This document shows positions 1-11,705 of a DNA stretch of 64,000 nt, one piece after another; position 1 is the first letter of the stretch; the number at the start of each line of letters is the position of its first letter. Both the position numbers and the translations under genes were made by a program. This DNA comes from Octopus sinensis. Taxonomy: Eukaryota. The DNA is taken from positions 198,834,001-198,898,000 of the forward strand of contig NC_042997.1 in NCBI RefSeq assembly GCF_006345805.1. The letters are read 5' to 3'. Below the pieces are notes generated by a model. The model saw nothing but the letters and a program-made list of their open reading frames with translations. It was not told the DNA's origin and searched no databases.

Positions 1-80
1 GCGCAGCCGGTCTATGGATCGAAACCACGACCTCACGATTGTGAGTGCAACACGCCTAACCACTAGGCTACCGCCTTCAC
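1..80 (-). mobile_element. tRNA-derived SINE head (runs off window start)
   Basis: Reverse complement GTGAAGGCGGTAGCCTAGTGGTTAGG...GTGGTTTCGATCC has A-box- and B-box-like motifs and no complete cloverleaf/CCA. Confidence 0.7.
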
Positions 81-1101
81 GAATATAGAATTATGAAAAC
101 AAATTTTACACCCTGCTATATAAAACGCTGTAAAACTTTTATCACCGCGCATGCCAAACTGAATAAAATAACAGAAACCCTGTGTTGTATGGTAGACACA
201 AATGAATCAATGTTCTGATTATTTTCCAATTACCCAGCAAGAGATCTCTTTCAACAGGCACGCGTAGCATTCAGTGTTGGCTCATACAATCGGAAATCCT
301 TCAGTTCTCTTAACAACGAGGACAAAGTTATCCAATTATCTTTATCTTCTCTTTCAATTTTGTTTAGTATTGCCCTTTTGGTGGGAACATTTTAAAAGAA
401 TACCTTTCGTTATTTTTGTCATTAATATCATTAAATTTTACATGGAAACTAAACGCCACTCTTGGCGTTAGGATTGATGTTACAACTTTAATTCTGAAAT
501 AATCCTTTCCAGATTGCGTAACCAAAAGATAAAATAAATGTATCTGTTTATCAAATGAAATTTAATTACAAAATTATAGCAGTACATAAAAATCATGGAA
601 TAGAAAAGGATTAAAGAATCGCTTGTAAAATTACATCCATGAATCAGAAATGAACTGTTAACTTTACTATTGTTTATTCAAGGAAAATGAAAACCTTTGT
701 ATTTTTTGAATAGTTGAAATATATATGTATTAGCCGTGAAAATCCTAACTTTCATGATAAACTACATTTCACCCAAAGGTTTAGAAGAAATTCCAATAAA
801 TTGGTTATGAGAAAAACTATTCCTAAAATACATTAAATATATATTTATATTTCAACATCTTTTCGCGTTTGTGCGAGAGATGAGTAGAAATATATCTATG
901 TGTGGGTAGGTGAGTATGTATGGATAGGTGTGTGCGTGAATAGATGCATGTGTAGCCATGTGTGTATAGACAGGGGTGTGTGTAGCTGTATACCTATGTA
1001 CAGATAGGTGGACATATGTGTGTACGTACGAATGTAAAACTAGGCGTATGTATTTTCATACATGAGTATTTATGTCTGTATATGTACCAGTATACATACA
1101 T

Positions 1102-1159
<58 letters not shown>

Positions 1160-1512
1160 TATACATGTAAGAATGCGTATGTGAATATATATATATATAT
1201 ATATAATATCAAGAGAGATAAGCGATCTATTACGTGTAACTTTGCGTGGTTTAGTAATATACTCCATACTTTCTCAACTCAAATTGTATTAGATGACTAT
1301 ATAGTCGCGAGCAGGCAAAAAGAAAAACGAATATTCTTTCATATATATTATCACGCTACTTTCCCACTTCGATCGTGTGAATAACCGAGAACGGGAAACT
1401 CTGAATAACGATTCAAAAACCTTCACCTTTTAATATAACATACACGCTCTGCTGTATGCATTACGCACTTTTTCTTAGTTCGTAAACACGTAAACACCAG
1501 TGTTCGACAATT

Positions 1513-1568
<56 letters not shown>

Positions 1569-2249
1569 TGTGCTATTTGTTTAACGACTATATATTCCTT
1601 GGCCTTCGACTATTGTTCATTCAGTCCCTTTTAATCACATCTTCCTGTTATACAACTAATCGCAAAGCGCTATTCATCAGGTGGCTGCTATTATTCTACG
1701 CGGTTTAAGGACAAAAAAATCGATTTAATAAGATTGTTTCTCCTAAAACGGACGTAATATATGTTACTTTTCTTCATTATATTCGTTATTGATTTAGCTT
1801 TAGATATGTTATAATTGTTTTGTCGCAGCTATACTTTGCAAAGATTACGTCTCCTTTGCAAGGCCAGTAATACATGAGATGTAAACAGTTGCTTATCTTC
1901 ACAGCTTTGCATTTCAGTTGAGTTATGTTCCCATAGCCCGAGCGTTAATTGCTACCTCATGTTGCTTCTTCATAATTCTGACCATCTAGAATGTTCCGTC
2001 CACATGTTTTCTTAAAAACTGACTTCGAAATATTCAAATAATATAATATCTGCATTATCCTAATACTGCAGTCGCCTTCACGTCCTTGAAGGCAGCATTT
2101 CTTTCGAAAATCAGATTATAAAAGAAACTAATTAAAAACAAACTTCACCGATTCTGAACATATTAAACCATGTTGGAATCTTTAATGGAATATATAGTTT
2201 TAATTGGGATATATCTTCATGGAAGAAAGCGTGAGTATGCGCGCGTCTG

Positions 2250-3310
2250 TAAACTGGTGATTTATATGTGTCCCCAAACCTCAGACATTTCTTCTACTCA
2301 ACATCAGTCCCTCAACTCTCAAAAGAAACTCCTACGCATCGCACTCGACAACTCCACAACCCACCTCGAATCTATAATAACTGTAAGCCTCCCTGTCTGA
2401 ATCCACCCTCTATAACCACACACTATAAACATTCTAGCCGCAAGAAGTAGAAGATCCTATGGTTCACACCCCCTTTCTCCCTCCAAGTTAAACATTTGCC
2501 TAAACTTTTCTTTAAAAGCCTCAACTGTAACTTCCCACCACAGCATAACTATTACCCTATCTTTCATGAATCATCAGTTAAAATCCCCTACTCTACCACA
2601 CCTAATTTGGGGCCATAAATTACCTCCAATAACAGACGCAAATTATAACACCAGTCCTTAGAACCTGCAATTTGTCACGCTGCACCCCAAATTAACCTAC
2701 CTAGCAGAAAATGTACAACCCTCCGTAACCCCTCCCCACAACTTGACTAAATAATAACAGACTCAAGACATCTTTCTATATGCTACCCATGTGGCCACAT
2801 ACACAAACAGTGATACCCCCTCCAAATCGAATACCGATACCGGTTGTACTTCCAGTTCGTTTTCAGTGATAACGGACCACTGGAATTTGACCTCTCCAGC
2901 GGTAATCTCCAACCGCGGAGCAAGTAGGAAAACTTGAAACTGTTGGGTTTCCACGCTCCCACCAAGCAGTGGTCTATCTATATGAGCGATACTGTTAATT
3001 TCAAGCATCGCTACCGTACACATGTGAACTCTTTCTTCAATCCAAATTCTAAATCCTTTTACATCCTGAGCAACTTATATATACGTCATCATATCTCAAA
3101 ATGTTCCCTATACCCTATCCTGGTCCATCGTAAGTGAGGCTCCCCCATACAACGCAAACATCAGTATGTGTAAATTATGTTTAAAATAATCGCAAACCAT
3201 TCTTTGCCACCACGACCCCTCATTGCTAAATGGATTCTCAGAAGTAATACTCACTTGTAAACACAGGTTCTACTCATCATTTGCCCATTTTATTAAATCT
3301 ATGTAATCCC
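2250..3310 (+). mobile_element. Degenerate Penelope-like element: RT thumb/linker and GIY-YIG endonuclease relic
   Basis: Manual translation gives ILWFTPPFSLQVKH...NFPPQHNYYPIF...VKIPYSTTPN (PLE WFNPP...FP..H..IFN..VK.SYS..PN), IYMSDTVNFKHRYRTHVNSF (YIG.T...FK.RY..H..SF) and WSIVSEAPPYN...CKLCLK*...LLNGFSEVILTCKHRF (PLE C-terminal C..CL.EK...LN..SE...C.H). Stops and frameshifts are present. Confidence 0.8.
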
Positions 3311-4125
3311 ATTACTATAAGTATCCTTAGTAAAAATTAACCTTTGAGGTACGAGGTACGTCTAGCAATTTACCATCTCAACTAATACCACCCTCCTTAT
3401 TAAACTATTCTTTCTCATTGTTATCTTTACAAATTCATTTAAGCCACTACATTCCACTTCCCTCATAGCCTCCGCCTTCCCACCCTCACAAGTGATAGTA
3501 TTTCCCTTCTCTCATTTCTCCTCTTCAACCAAAAGCGCTTAATACTGCCCCATTCATTTGGATACTAACTTGTCAACTCTTCCCGTCTCTATTCACCTCC
3601 TTCTATTCAATTTCATACACCTCTGCATACCTCAGAACTCCCCTTCCAATACCAACCTGCATTCATTATTTCACTAACTGCTGCTATCTTCCCCACCAAC
3701 TCACCTCCACTCCGTCCACCTCACTCTATCTTCTCTCATACCTTTCAACATATCTTAATAATTTCCCTATGCCACCGAACTAAACACTTTACATCCCTCA
3801 AATAATTTCCATTACTTTTCTCACTATCTCACCTTTCAATAATTCTATACCTATTTACCATAAACTGTAACAAACCCAACACAACAGACCACCATTCAAA
3901 TACTATCCACCCTACCCTCTTATTCGTCTTCCTACTCTCCATCTCTACTACTACCTCCCTTAGTACCCTCATTATTAACCCCTCACTCTTGAACTATTTT
4001 TCTCCCATCACTATTCCCTATTTTAATACCCCCAGTCCCCGCTCTAATACAACTAGCTCTCCACATTTAATCATTCCATCTTTGAACTTCTCTACATTAA
4101 GATATGAAACATAAGACCTTCTCTA

Positions 4126-4228
4126 CCCTGGCGGCGGAAGCTCGTTTCGTCCAGTGTTAATTGCATCCACACGACCGCATGTCCAGCATTATTATGGATC
4201 TCCGAGTCACCAGAAACAACTATTGGAC
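4126..4228 (+). ncRNA. Relic hammerhead ribozyme downstream of the PLE
   Basis: cc-CTGGCGG-C-GGAAGCTCG...CGAGTCACC-A-GAAAC-AACTAT-T-gg. The layout matches the intact motifs elsewhere in the window, but the core is mutated (CTGACGA to CTGGCGG) and the stem III palindrome has decayed. Confidence 0.4.
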
Positions 4229-4749
4229 TTGTAACACCTTTCTTCCGCCCCTTTAATTTTCTCTGCCGTTTTTACTCCGTGTATGTTGAACCTATAAATA
4301 TCTATATATCTATACATAAAATTTCATCATCTGAAAGTTTCCACCTTTTGCCTTCTCTCCTTTTGCATGTATACACATATACATATTTTGTATTTGATGT
4401 ATTTAATATATTTAATGTGTTCAATTTGTTTATCCGAATAATTGCCTATATACCAGCTCAACTTGATCCCTCTTATAGCCTTTCTTTACCTTGTGGAATG
4501 ATCCCTTGTAAAGACATCGGAGTCTAAGTTTGAATTTTTTGAACACTACTGACTTCTATACGGAGAATCTCTGGATCTCAGCTGTGAACTAAATATGCCT
4601 TTATATATACTTACGTAAATATTTATATATTTATGTAAGCATGCATACATATATGTATGTATGTGTATTCTGTTAGCGGTTAAAGATTCAGAATTCAGCT
4701 TCGCTCGGGTAACCATTCATCCATTAAATTTTAAACAGGTCTTACATTT

Positions 4750-6900
4750 TCTTTTCTTTCGGTTCCAAATGAGTTTTTCATCTATAGAGTATGAATTACG
4801 GATTTAGGTTCTTTCTCCCCAAAACCTAATTTTTTTCTAATCTCCTTTGATCCCGACTGGTCGTTTTATCCTATCACCGCGGTGATGATGAGCATATGCC
4901 GAAAGGGAACTTTTAGGTTTGAGTATTCAAGATCCTCATCAGTAATCCGAAGTGCCTTCTTTCTCATGTATTCTGCTTCCATATTGATGTCTTGAGGGTA
5001 TGGATTCGACAGTCGAGTATATTTCTATGTTATAATAATTGTCTTACAGATCGATTACGTTTCAATTTGGCCGCTGTTATTTATTCTCCGGTCTTCTTTT
5101 GATCCACCATCACAGTCGCTTTGAGTTATCTTTATTATTTATCATATTTCTTTTTTGTTTTGTTCCAGATTGCTTCGGCTACTATGTCATCTCTTGTGAG
5201 AAAATAATACCTCGAGGCCATTCTCTGTTCGTCGTTAACTGCATTAGTTTTAGCTGTAACATGACCTTCATTTACTGCCATATAATGCTTTTTTGTATTT
5301 TCTGAAAGAGACACGTAAATGAGAATTTCTTGCTCAGGGTTACACATAAAAGTAACCTTAAAAAATGATATTTTATTGACTTGTAATATCTTTTGTATAC
5401 ATACATCGACAATCAGATTGAACCTGCAGGAGAATATATTTTGTATTTTATATCACTAATTATTGGATTAACTGGGTTTGAGATGTATCTACCACCTACG
5501 CCTGACAGGTCTTGCCGAAGACTATTTGCGCAAATAAGAGAACCCGAGTAAAATAGAATCAGATAAAAGCAAGCAAAACTTGGAAGTCTCTGTCAACGTT
5601 TTCCCGTGTAAATCGTTCGTGTATATATATACATATATATATATATCATATTGGACTGCTGAAGTCTACGAGTTTTTTCATTCTCTCTTTACTTTCTTTT
5701 ATTCCTTTCTGTTGAAGAGCTTAGGCTCGAAACATAAAAGACTTTTTCTATTCCTGGGCGTTATACTAATACATCTGCTTGTTTTGTACACCACCTGTCT
5801 TCATCTTTTGTTTCTTTCGTAAACTCTCCATATATATATATATATATATATATATAATCATAAAAGATTTCCTCTTACTTGTAGCCCACGGCAGCTTTGT
5901 CTAAGTTATAATTTTCGGGAAGGTGATTTTCCATTTTCCTCTTTATAGTTTTCCATTTCTGTAATATTTTCCTTTTGTTTCGCGATGTCTTTTTTTCCGA
6001 CTCTCGCATGTTTACATTTCTCACTTCCCACAGCAGCTTATCGTTTTGGGGATCAGTAAATATAATCATCATTTTCTTCAAACTGACTTTCAGACCTCAT
6101 TTTCGATAGTATCTTGCCACTGCATCCCATTGATGATATTAACGTAGTGTTTTTCATCGACATGTCCCGTGCCTTATTTTCTCTCTAAACTCGTCAAAAA
6201 TACTCCTTCCCTGTAACAGACTATGATTACTATCGGTGTTGATTGGTTCAGCTACTGAGACATCCAGCAAAATGCACCGTTTATCAACTAGGATTTATAT
6301 TTCCTTCCAATGCTGAGTATTTGTGCTTATCTATATCCACCGCTTTTCATGAATGGGCTATTCTTGATGTAAAGCGCTTTTTCCCCCCCTTTGGGCCATG
6401 ATGAATAAATTTTCCAACGTTTCTATCCCTATCGTCCCTTTCTCACTTTTGATTTGAAATCTCACATCACTATGGTGTAAATGGATTTGTGAGCTAGCAA
6501 CTTATATCTTGATAAGCTTCCGCATTTTTATCGTCCTCGCTTTTCCATGTTGGAGCAAAGATCTGGATAATCTTCAGCACGGCATATTCTGAGAGACGAA
6601 TGTTTAACACCTTGATCCGTCCGTGACAAATAACAGAATGAGTGCATTCTTTACATAAGATGAAACCTATGCTTCCCCTGTTCTAGTACTTTCTGACGTT
6701 TCTCGTCACACAACACTTCTGTCCGTCTATCCTCATATATTGTTGGAACAAGTTGGTGTTTATCTTGATTGAAGGTATGCTCAAAGAGCTGCTGTACAAG
6801 ACCTTGCATTCTAGTCTCTTCAATACCAAACGTCCAACGTGCGCTGTTATGAGAAAGTGAGACGTGAGTTAGTAAAAAAAGGAAGAACAGTGATTGGAAA
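4750..6900 (-). mobile_element. Degenerate RTE-type LINE (APE endonuclease plus RT traces)
   Basis: Minus-strand APE motifs in order: FGIEETRMQG, GSIGFILCK, LKIIQIFAPT, YTIVM*DFKSKV (GDFN), KRWI*ISTN...KEI*ILVDKR...DVSV...DSNHSLL (SDH). An RT DDIV trace lies near 5190. The 4750-6050 part is weakly supported. Confidence 0.7.
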
Positions 6901-7326
6901 CGACGGAGGATCACTGAAAGATCCACACATGGAATCTCCTTGCAGGAGCATGCCTGAACCGAGGGAATTCGAGAGCAGAGTTGAGTAAAAGACGTGATCG
7001 CTGAATATTGAAGAGAAATGAGCCAGACAAAACACAAAGTTCACGAACAATAGGTGAACCTACGAAGTTGTCGAGTGGTGGGTAAGAGATCGACAGAAAC
7101 TACTCGGAAGAACGCAAGGGCGATAGGAACGCCACGTAGATGAATGACACAAAACAAAAGAGAGACAGACAGACACGGGAACAATGGTAATGCATGGGCA
7201 ATGAAATATAGGGATATCTGACAGTGTGATCGATAAAGATATATATATTTATATATACTTATACAGATTTATATTTATACATATTGCATATATATGTTTA
7301 TACATATTGCATATATATATATATTT

Positions 7327-7742
7327 CGCAGGAGTGGCTGTGTGGTAAGTAGCTTGTTTACCAACCACATTGTTCCAGGTTCAGTCCCACTGAGTGGCAC
7401 CTTGGGCATGTGTCTTCTACTATAGCCTCGGGCTGACCAAAGCCTTGTGAGTGGATTTGGTAGACGGAAACTGAAAGAAGCCCGTCGTATATATGTATGT
7501 ATATACATGCGTGTGTGTGTGTTTGTGTGTCTGTGTTTGTCCCCCTAGCATTGCTTGACAACCGATGCTGGTGTGTTCACGTCCCCGTAACTTAGCGGTT
7601 CGGCAAAAAGACCGATATAATAAGTACTGGGCTTACAAAAGAATAAGACCCGGGGTCGATTTCCTCGATTAAAGGCGGTGCTCCAGCATGGCCGCAGTCA
7701 AATAAATGACTGAAACAAGTAAAAGAGTAAAACAGTAAAAGA
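7327..7742 (+). mobile_element. tRNA-derived SINE family A, full length
   Basis: Head GGAGTGGCTGTGTGGTAAG...GGTTCAGTCCC, CORE-like CACCTTGGGCA, internal (TA/TG)n and tail GACTGAAACAAGTAAAAGAGTAAAA. More than 10 copies occur in the window. Confidence 0.9.
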
Positions 7743-8381
7743 ATATATATTTATACATATTGCATATATATATATATTTATACATATTGCATATATATAT
7801 ATATATATTGTTTAAAATATTTAACTACAGTACCTTATGATAAGACTTGCCCCGTTTGATTATCAATAGTCTGCTAGTGGGCGACCCCCTTAATTATCAG
7901 CGAACATCTTGTTTTAAGTATTCCCCTTCGAAACCTCATGATATTGCTTATAATAAATCTTCATTTTTATGACTATACCAACTAGAATGTCTGTCTACTA
8001 CCTCAGCCCTATCTCCAACAGATACTGCCCTCTGTTCTCTCAGGTTTAGATATACAAGGGATTTGAATAAACTATAAAGTCTATCAATTAAAACTGACAC
8101 CATAAAGACAAAAAATCAATGGCAGGGTCCATTTCTTATTGATAATTTTAGTAACTTCTATGCTGAAATAGAAACATGTTCTTTGTCTATCTCCTTAACT
8201 TCTTGGAGATTTTAGGTATAATTATACTAATGTGTCCATCTGTTGTAATTTAAATTAAATTCTAAGTCTTTGTGCAGCTGACGATTGCTCTACATATTAA
8301 ACTGATGTATTGATTGCATTGTTCAATTAAATAGGTCTGCATGAAACAATCGTACTGCATTACCTCTGATATCCTTGTTGC

Positions 8382-8421
<40 letters not shown>

Positions 8422-8521
8422 AAAAAATGAAGTTTGAAAATGCTGCTATATTAGACAAATTTTAATTTAGCATGTTTCGGTTCTTGAAATGGCGAACCTT
8501 ATCAAAAAAAATTATATATAA

Positions 8522-8708
8522 TAGAGTCCATGCTATATGTTTAAAGAGTATGATGTAATAGTTCATAATTGTGACATATATTCAATAGAGTCAAATATAA
8601 AAAATTCATATATAATAAAGAGAGTCCATGCTATATATTTAAAGAGTATGATGTAGTAGTTCATAATTGTGACATACATTCAATAGAGTCAAATATAAAA
8701 AATTCATG
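8522..8708. repeat. Local tandem duplication, ~88 bp x2
   Basis: AGAGTCCATGCTATAT...AGAGTCAAATATAAAAAATTCAT at ~8522-8609 and ~8621-8708. Confidence 0.85.
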
Positions 8709-8869
8709 TTCTTGAAAAGGCGAGGAGTTCATTTTAGATTTTACCTTGTGTTCCAATGGGAGTAACTGTAATGATTTTTGGTCGGTGTCTGCTCGCATAA
8801 TTTTGGTGAATTTTGTGATTGTTGGATTTATATCAGCTCAGCTAAGCTGTGGTCACTTGCACTTTTCAC

Positions 8870-9190
8870 TGACGTCATATAGTTCCAAACCAATCAAAAC
8901 CCAGTCTCAACGAATGTAGTGAAAAGACTCCTAACTGTATCCTGTTAGGAAACCAACCAAGCGGAACGACAGTTTGGACACGGAAGAAATACGTCATCAT
9001 TTTTTTGACGAATCGAAATTAGATCTGACCCATGACTGTATCCTGTTGGGTGGCTAGTCCAGCAGAACGAGACGTCATCAATGTTTTGACCAATCAGAAT
9101 CGGGTCTGACCCATAGCTGTATCGTGTGGGGAAACCGACCAAGCAGGGTGACGATAGCTTGACCACTGAGGTAATACGTCATCAGTTTTT
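8870..9190. promoter_or_regulatory. Triplicated 80-100 bp unit with CRE/ATF-like and CCAAT motifs
   Basis: TGACGTCA at 8870, CCAAT at 8890 and 9090, ACGTCATCA at 8991, 9072 and 9176. Units start with CTGTATC at ~8935, 9036 and 9117. A regulatory role is inferred. Confidence 0.35.
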
Positions 9191-9331
9191 GTATATATGT
9201 ATATATATATATACATACATACATCTTGCATATTCATATATATATATATATATATATATATGTTGCATATTCATATATATGCATATTGCATATTCACATA
9301 CATATAACTATAAATATATATATATAGCATA

Positions 9332-9407
<76 letters not shown>

Positions 9408-9438
9408 CACATATATATATATAATATATATAATATAT

Positions 9439-9503
<65 letters not shown>

Positions 9504-9519
9504 TATTACATATGTATGT

Positions 9520-10470
9520 ATATGATTCCAAGCTCCAGAAGGTCATCACTGGTGTAGATGACCGGATAAGCCTTCAGTCAAACCTACTGGCTGTTGTCCA
9601 ATGGACGGAAAAGAACATGTTGCTAAACGAAGGCAAATTCGAACTGATTCACTTTGGATGGGAGAACGCTCTGAAACTCCCATACTCCCTTCCTTCTGGT
9701 GGAATTCTCATGGCATCTAACAACATCAGAGACTTGGGAGTAACTGTCGACAACAACATAAGCTGGGCTACACATATATACAGCTAAGTTAACATGGCCC
9801 GCAGAATGTCTTCCCGGATTCTCAGAACCTTCCAGTCGAGAGATTTCCCACACCATTCTCTTTCTCTTCTCCACTTTTGCCCGACCCCACCTTGAATACT
9901 ACTGTCCACTGTGGTCTCGCTACAAGAAACAAAATATTATGAAAATTGAAGCTCCCCAAAGGTCAATCACAAAAAAGTTAGATGGCATTTCAGACCTCGA
10001 CTACTGGGGTCGACTAAAAAAGCTGAAACTGTATTCACTCCAACGTGAACGCTACATTATCTGTATGACGTGGAAAATATTCCATCAGCACTGTCCAAAT
10101 GATGTTGGCATCACCTTCAAAATACACTCAAGACTTGGACCCCGTGCAAACCGTCCACAAGAAAAATTTAAATCGCATCTCATAGCATCAGTACGGCACA
10201 ATTATTTCACCTCAATTGGCCCCGCTCTCTTCAACATTACACCAGGACACGTCAAAACAGAAACTGACCACACAAAATTCAAGAAGTCTTTGGACAAATT
10301 CCTTCAAACAGTCTCGGACAAACACCCATACCCGGATATGTCTCCGCAAACAATAACTCTCTTCTCGAATGGGCCTTGGTGCCCAAATCCTGACTTCGCC
10401 AGGTGGTGCTATTAAGTTAGACATGGCCTGGGCCAGTACTGGCCAAAACCTTTTTAACTTATTCTAAGTT
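9520..10470 (+). mobile_element. 5'-truncated CR1/L2-group LINE, RT C-terminal part
   Basis: Starts at (AD)DSKLQK, then LQSNLLAVVQWTEK..LLNEGK, IRDLGVTVDNNISW..HI, RPHLEYYCPLWS, KIEAPQRSITK, RLKKLKLYSLQRER and KFKKSLDKFL. Frameshifted. Confidence 0.85.
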
Positions 10471-10866
10471 ATATATACATATTGCATATATATATATATA
10501 TATATAATATATATATATATATATACATATTGCATAGTATTTATACATATTGTGTATATGTATAATATATATATATATATATATATCAACAATTGAGGGT
10601 AAAATTAATTAGTTATTAATCAATTTCACCAAGTATTCAGTATGTAAAAGGACATTTAAGGCGAATTCAAAATATTACATTATATATTAGGACTTAGTAA
10701 AATAAATTACTTTGCCACATACTGAACTTGCTAGAAATAGCAGCCAAAAAAGTTTTTTTGCCATTTCCACTACTTAAAGAAAAATTCTCTCAGATAATGT
10801 TTACTCAAAATAACTCACGAAGGTATGGAGGTAAAAACAGAAAAATATCACAAGTACAAAGATTAT

Positions 10867-10925
10867 TTGAGAACGTTAACGTTTTAGATTAGCCAAATAA
10901 ACTCAGCATTCTTTCGTCAGCTCAA
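10867..10925 (-). ncRNA. Hammerhead ribozyme, probably inactive copy
   Basis: Same motif as 11645-11705, but the minus strand reads CTAAAACG, so the G of GAAA is missing. Confidence 0.55.
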
Positions 10926-11424
10926 CATTTCTTATTTTGGATTTGGAAGCACTAAAAAGAGAGAACATACCCTTTGGCGACTTATCACCTCAGATGACCC
11001 GTTCAGACTGCCAGTACCAACAAATTCAAAATGTGCAAGCGAAGATTCCCTGCTCTCCCCTTCCACCCACTGGGGGTTATCTAGCAAACATTATATTTTA
11101 ACGGTGAGAACCGAGGCAATATGACAGAGAGAAATGAATTATAATATACAATTAAGGGTAAAATTAATTAGTTATTAATCAATTTCACCAAGTATTCAGT
11201 ATGTAAAAGGAACATTTAAGGCGAATTCAAAATATACATTATATAATTAGGGCTTAGTAAAATAAATTACTTGCCACATACTGAACTTGCTAGAAATAGC
11301 ATCAAAAAAGTTTTTTTGCCATTTCCACTACTTAAAGAAAATTTCTCTCAGATAATGTTTACTCAAAATAACTCACGAAGGTATGGAGGTAAAAACAGAA
11401 AAATATCACAAGTACAAAGATTAT

Positions 11425-11485
11425 TTGAGAACGTTAACGTTTCTAGATTAGCCAAATAAACTCAGCATTTCTTTCGTCAGCTCAA
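11425..11485 (-). ncRNA. Type I hammerhead ribozyme motif
   Basis: Exact reverse complement of the motif at 11645-11705. Confidence 0.7.
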
Positions 11486-11644
11486 CATTTCTTATTTTGG
11501 ATTTGGAAGCACTAAAAAGAAAGAACATACCATTTAAGGACCATGTAAGGCGAATTCCTTTTACATACTGAATACTTGGTGAAATTGATTAATAACTAAT
11601 TAATTTTACCCTCAATTGTTAATATTATAATTCATTTCTCTCTG

Positions 11645-11705
11645 TTGAGCTGACGAAAGAAATGCTGAGTTTATTTGGCTAATCTAGAAACGTTAACGTT
11701 CTCAA
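11645..11705 (+). ncRNA. Type I hammerhead ribozyme motif
   Basis: TTGAG-CTGACGA-A-AGAAATGCTGAGTTTATTTGGCTAATCT-A-GAA-ACG-TTAA-CGT-T-CTCAA. Stem I is TTGAG/CTCAA, stem III is ACG/CGT inside the 12-nt palindrome AACGTTAACGTT, and the predicted cleavage triplet is GUU. Confidence 0.7.

Noticed and set aside
1826-1884. Possible short terminal exon ILCKDYVSFARPVIHEM*
   Set aside because: An acceptor-like site is present, but there is no homology or other exon to connect it to.
2815-2970. Retained spliceosomal intron in the PLE
   Set aside because: The only GT..AG pair I found has a weak donor and joins the two motifs out of frame.
6651-7037. 128-aa ORF on - as a host gene
   Set aside because: It contains the APE motif GIEETR and continues by frameshift into further RTE endonuclease motifs.
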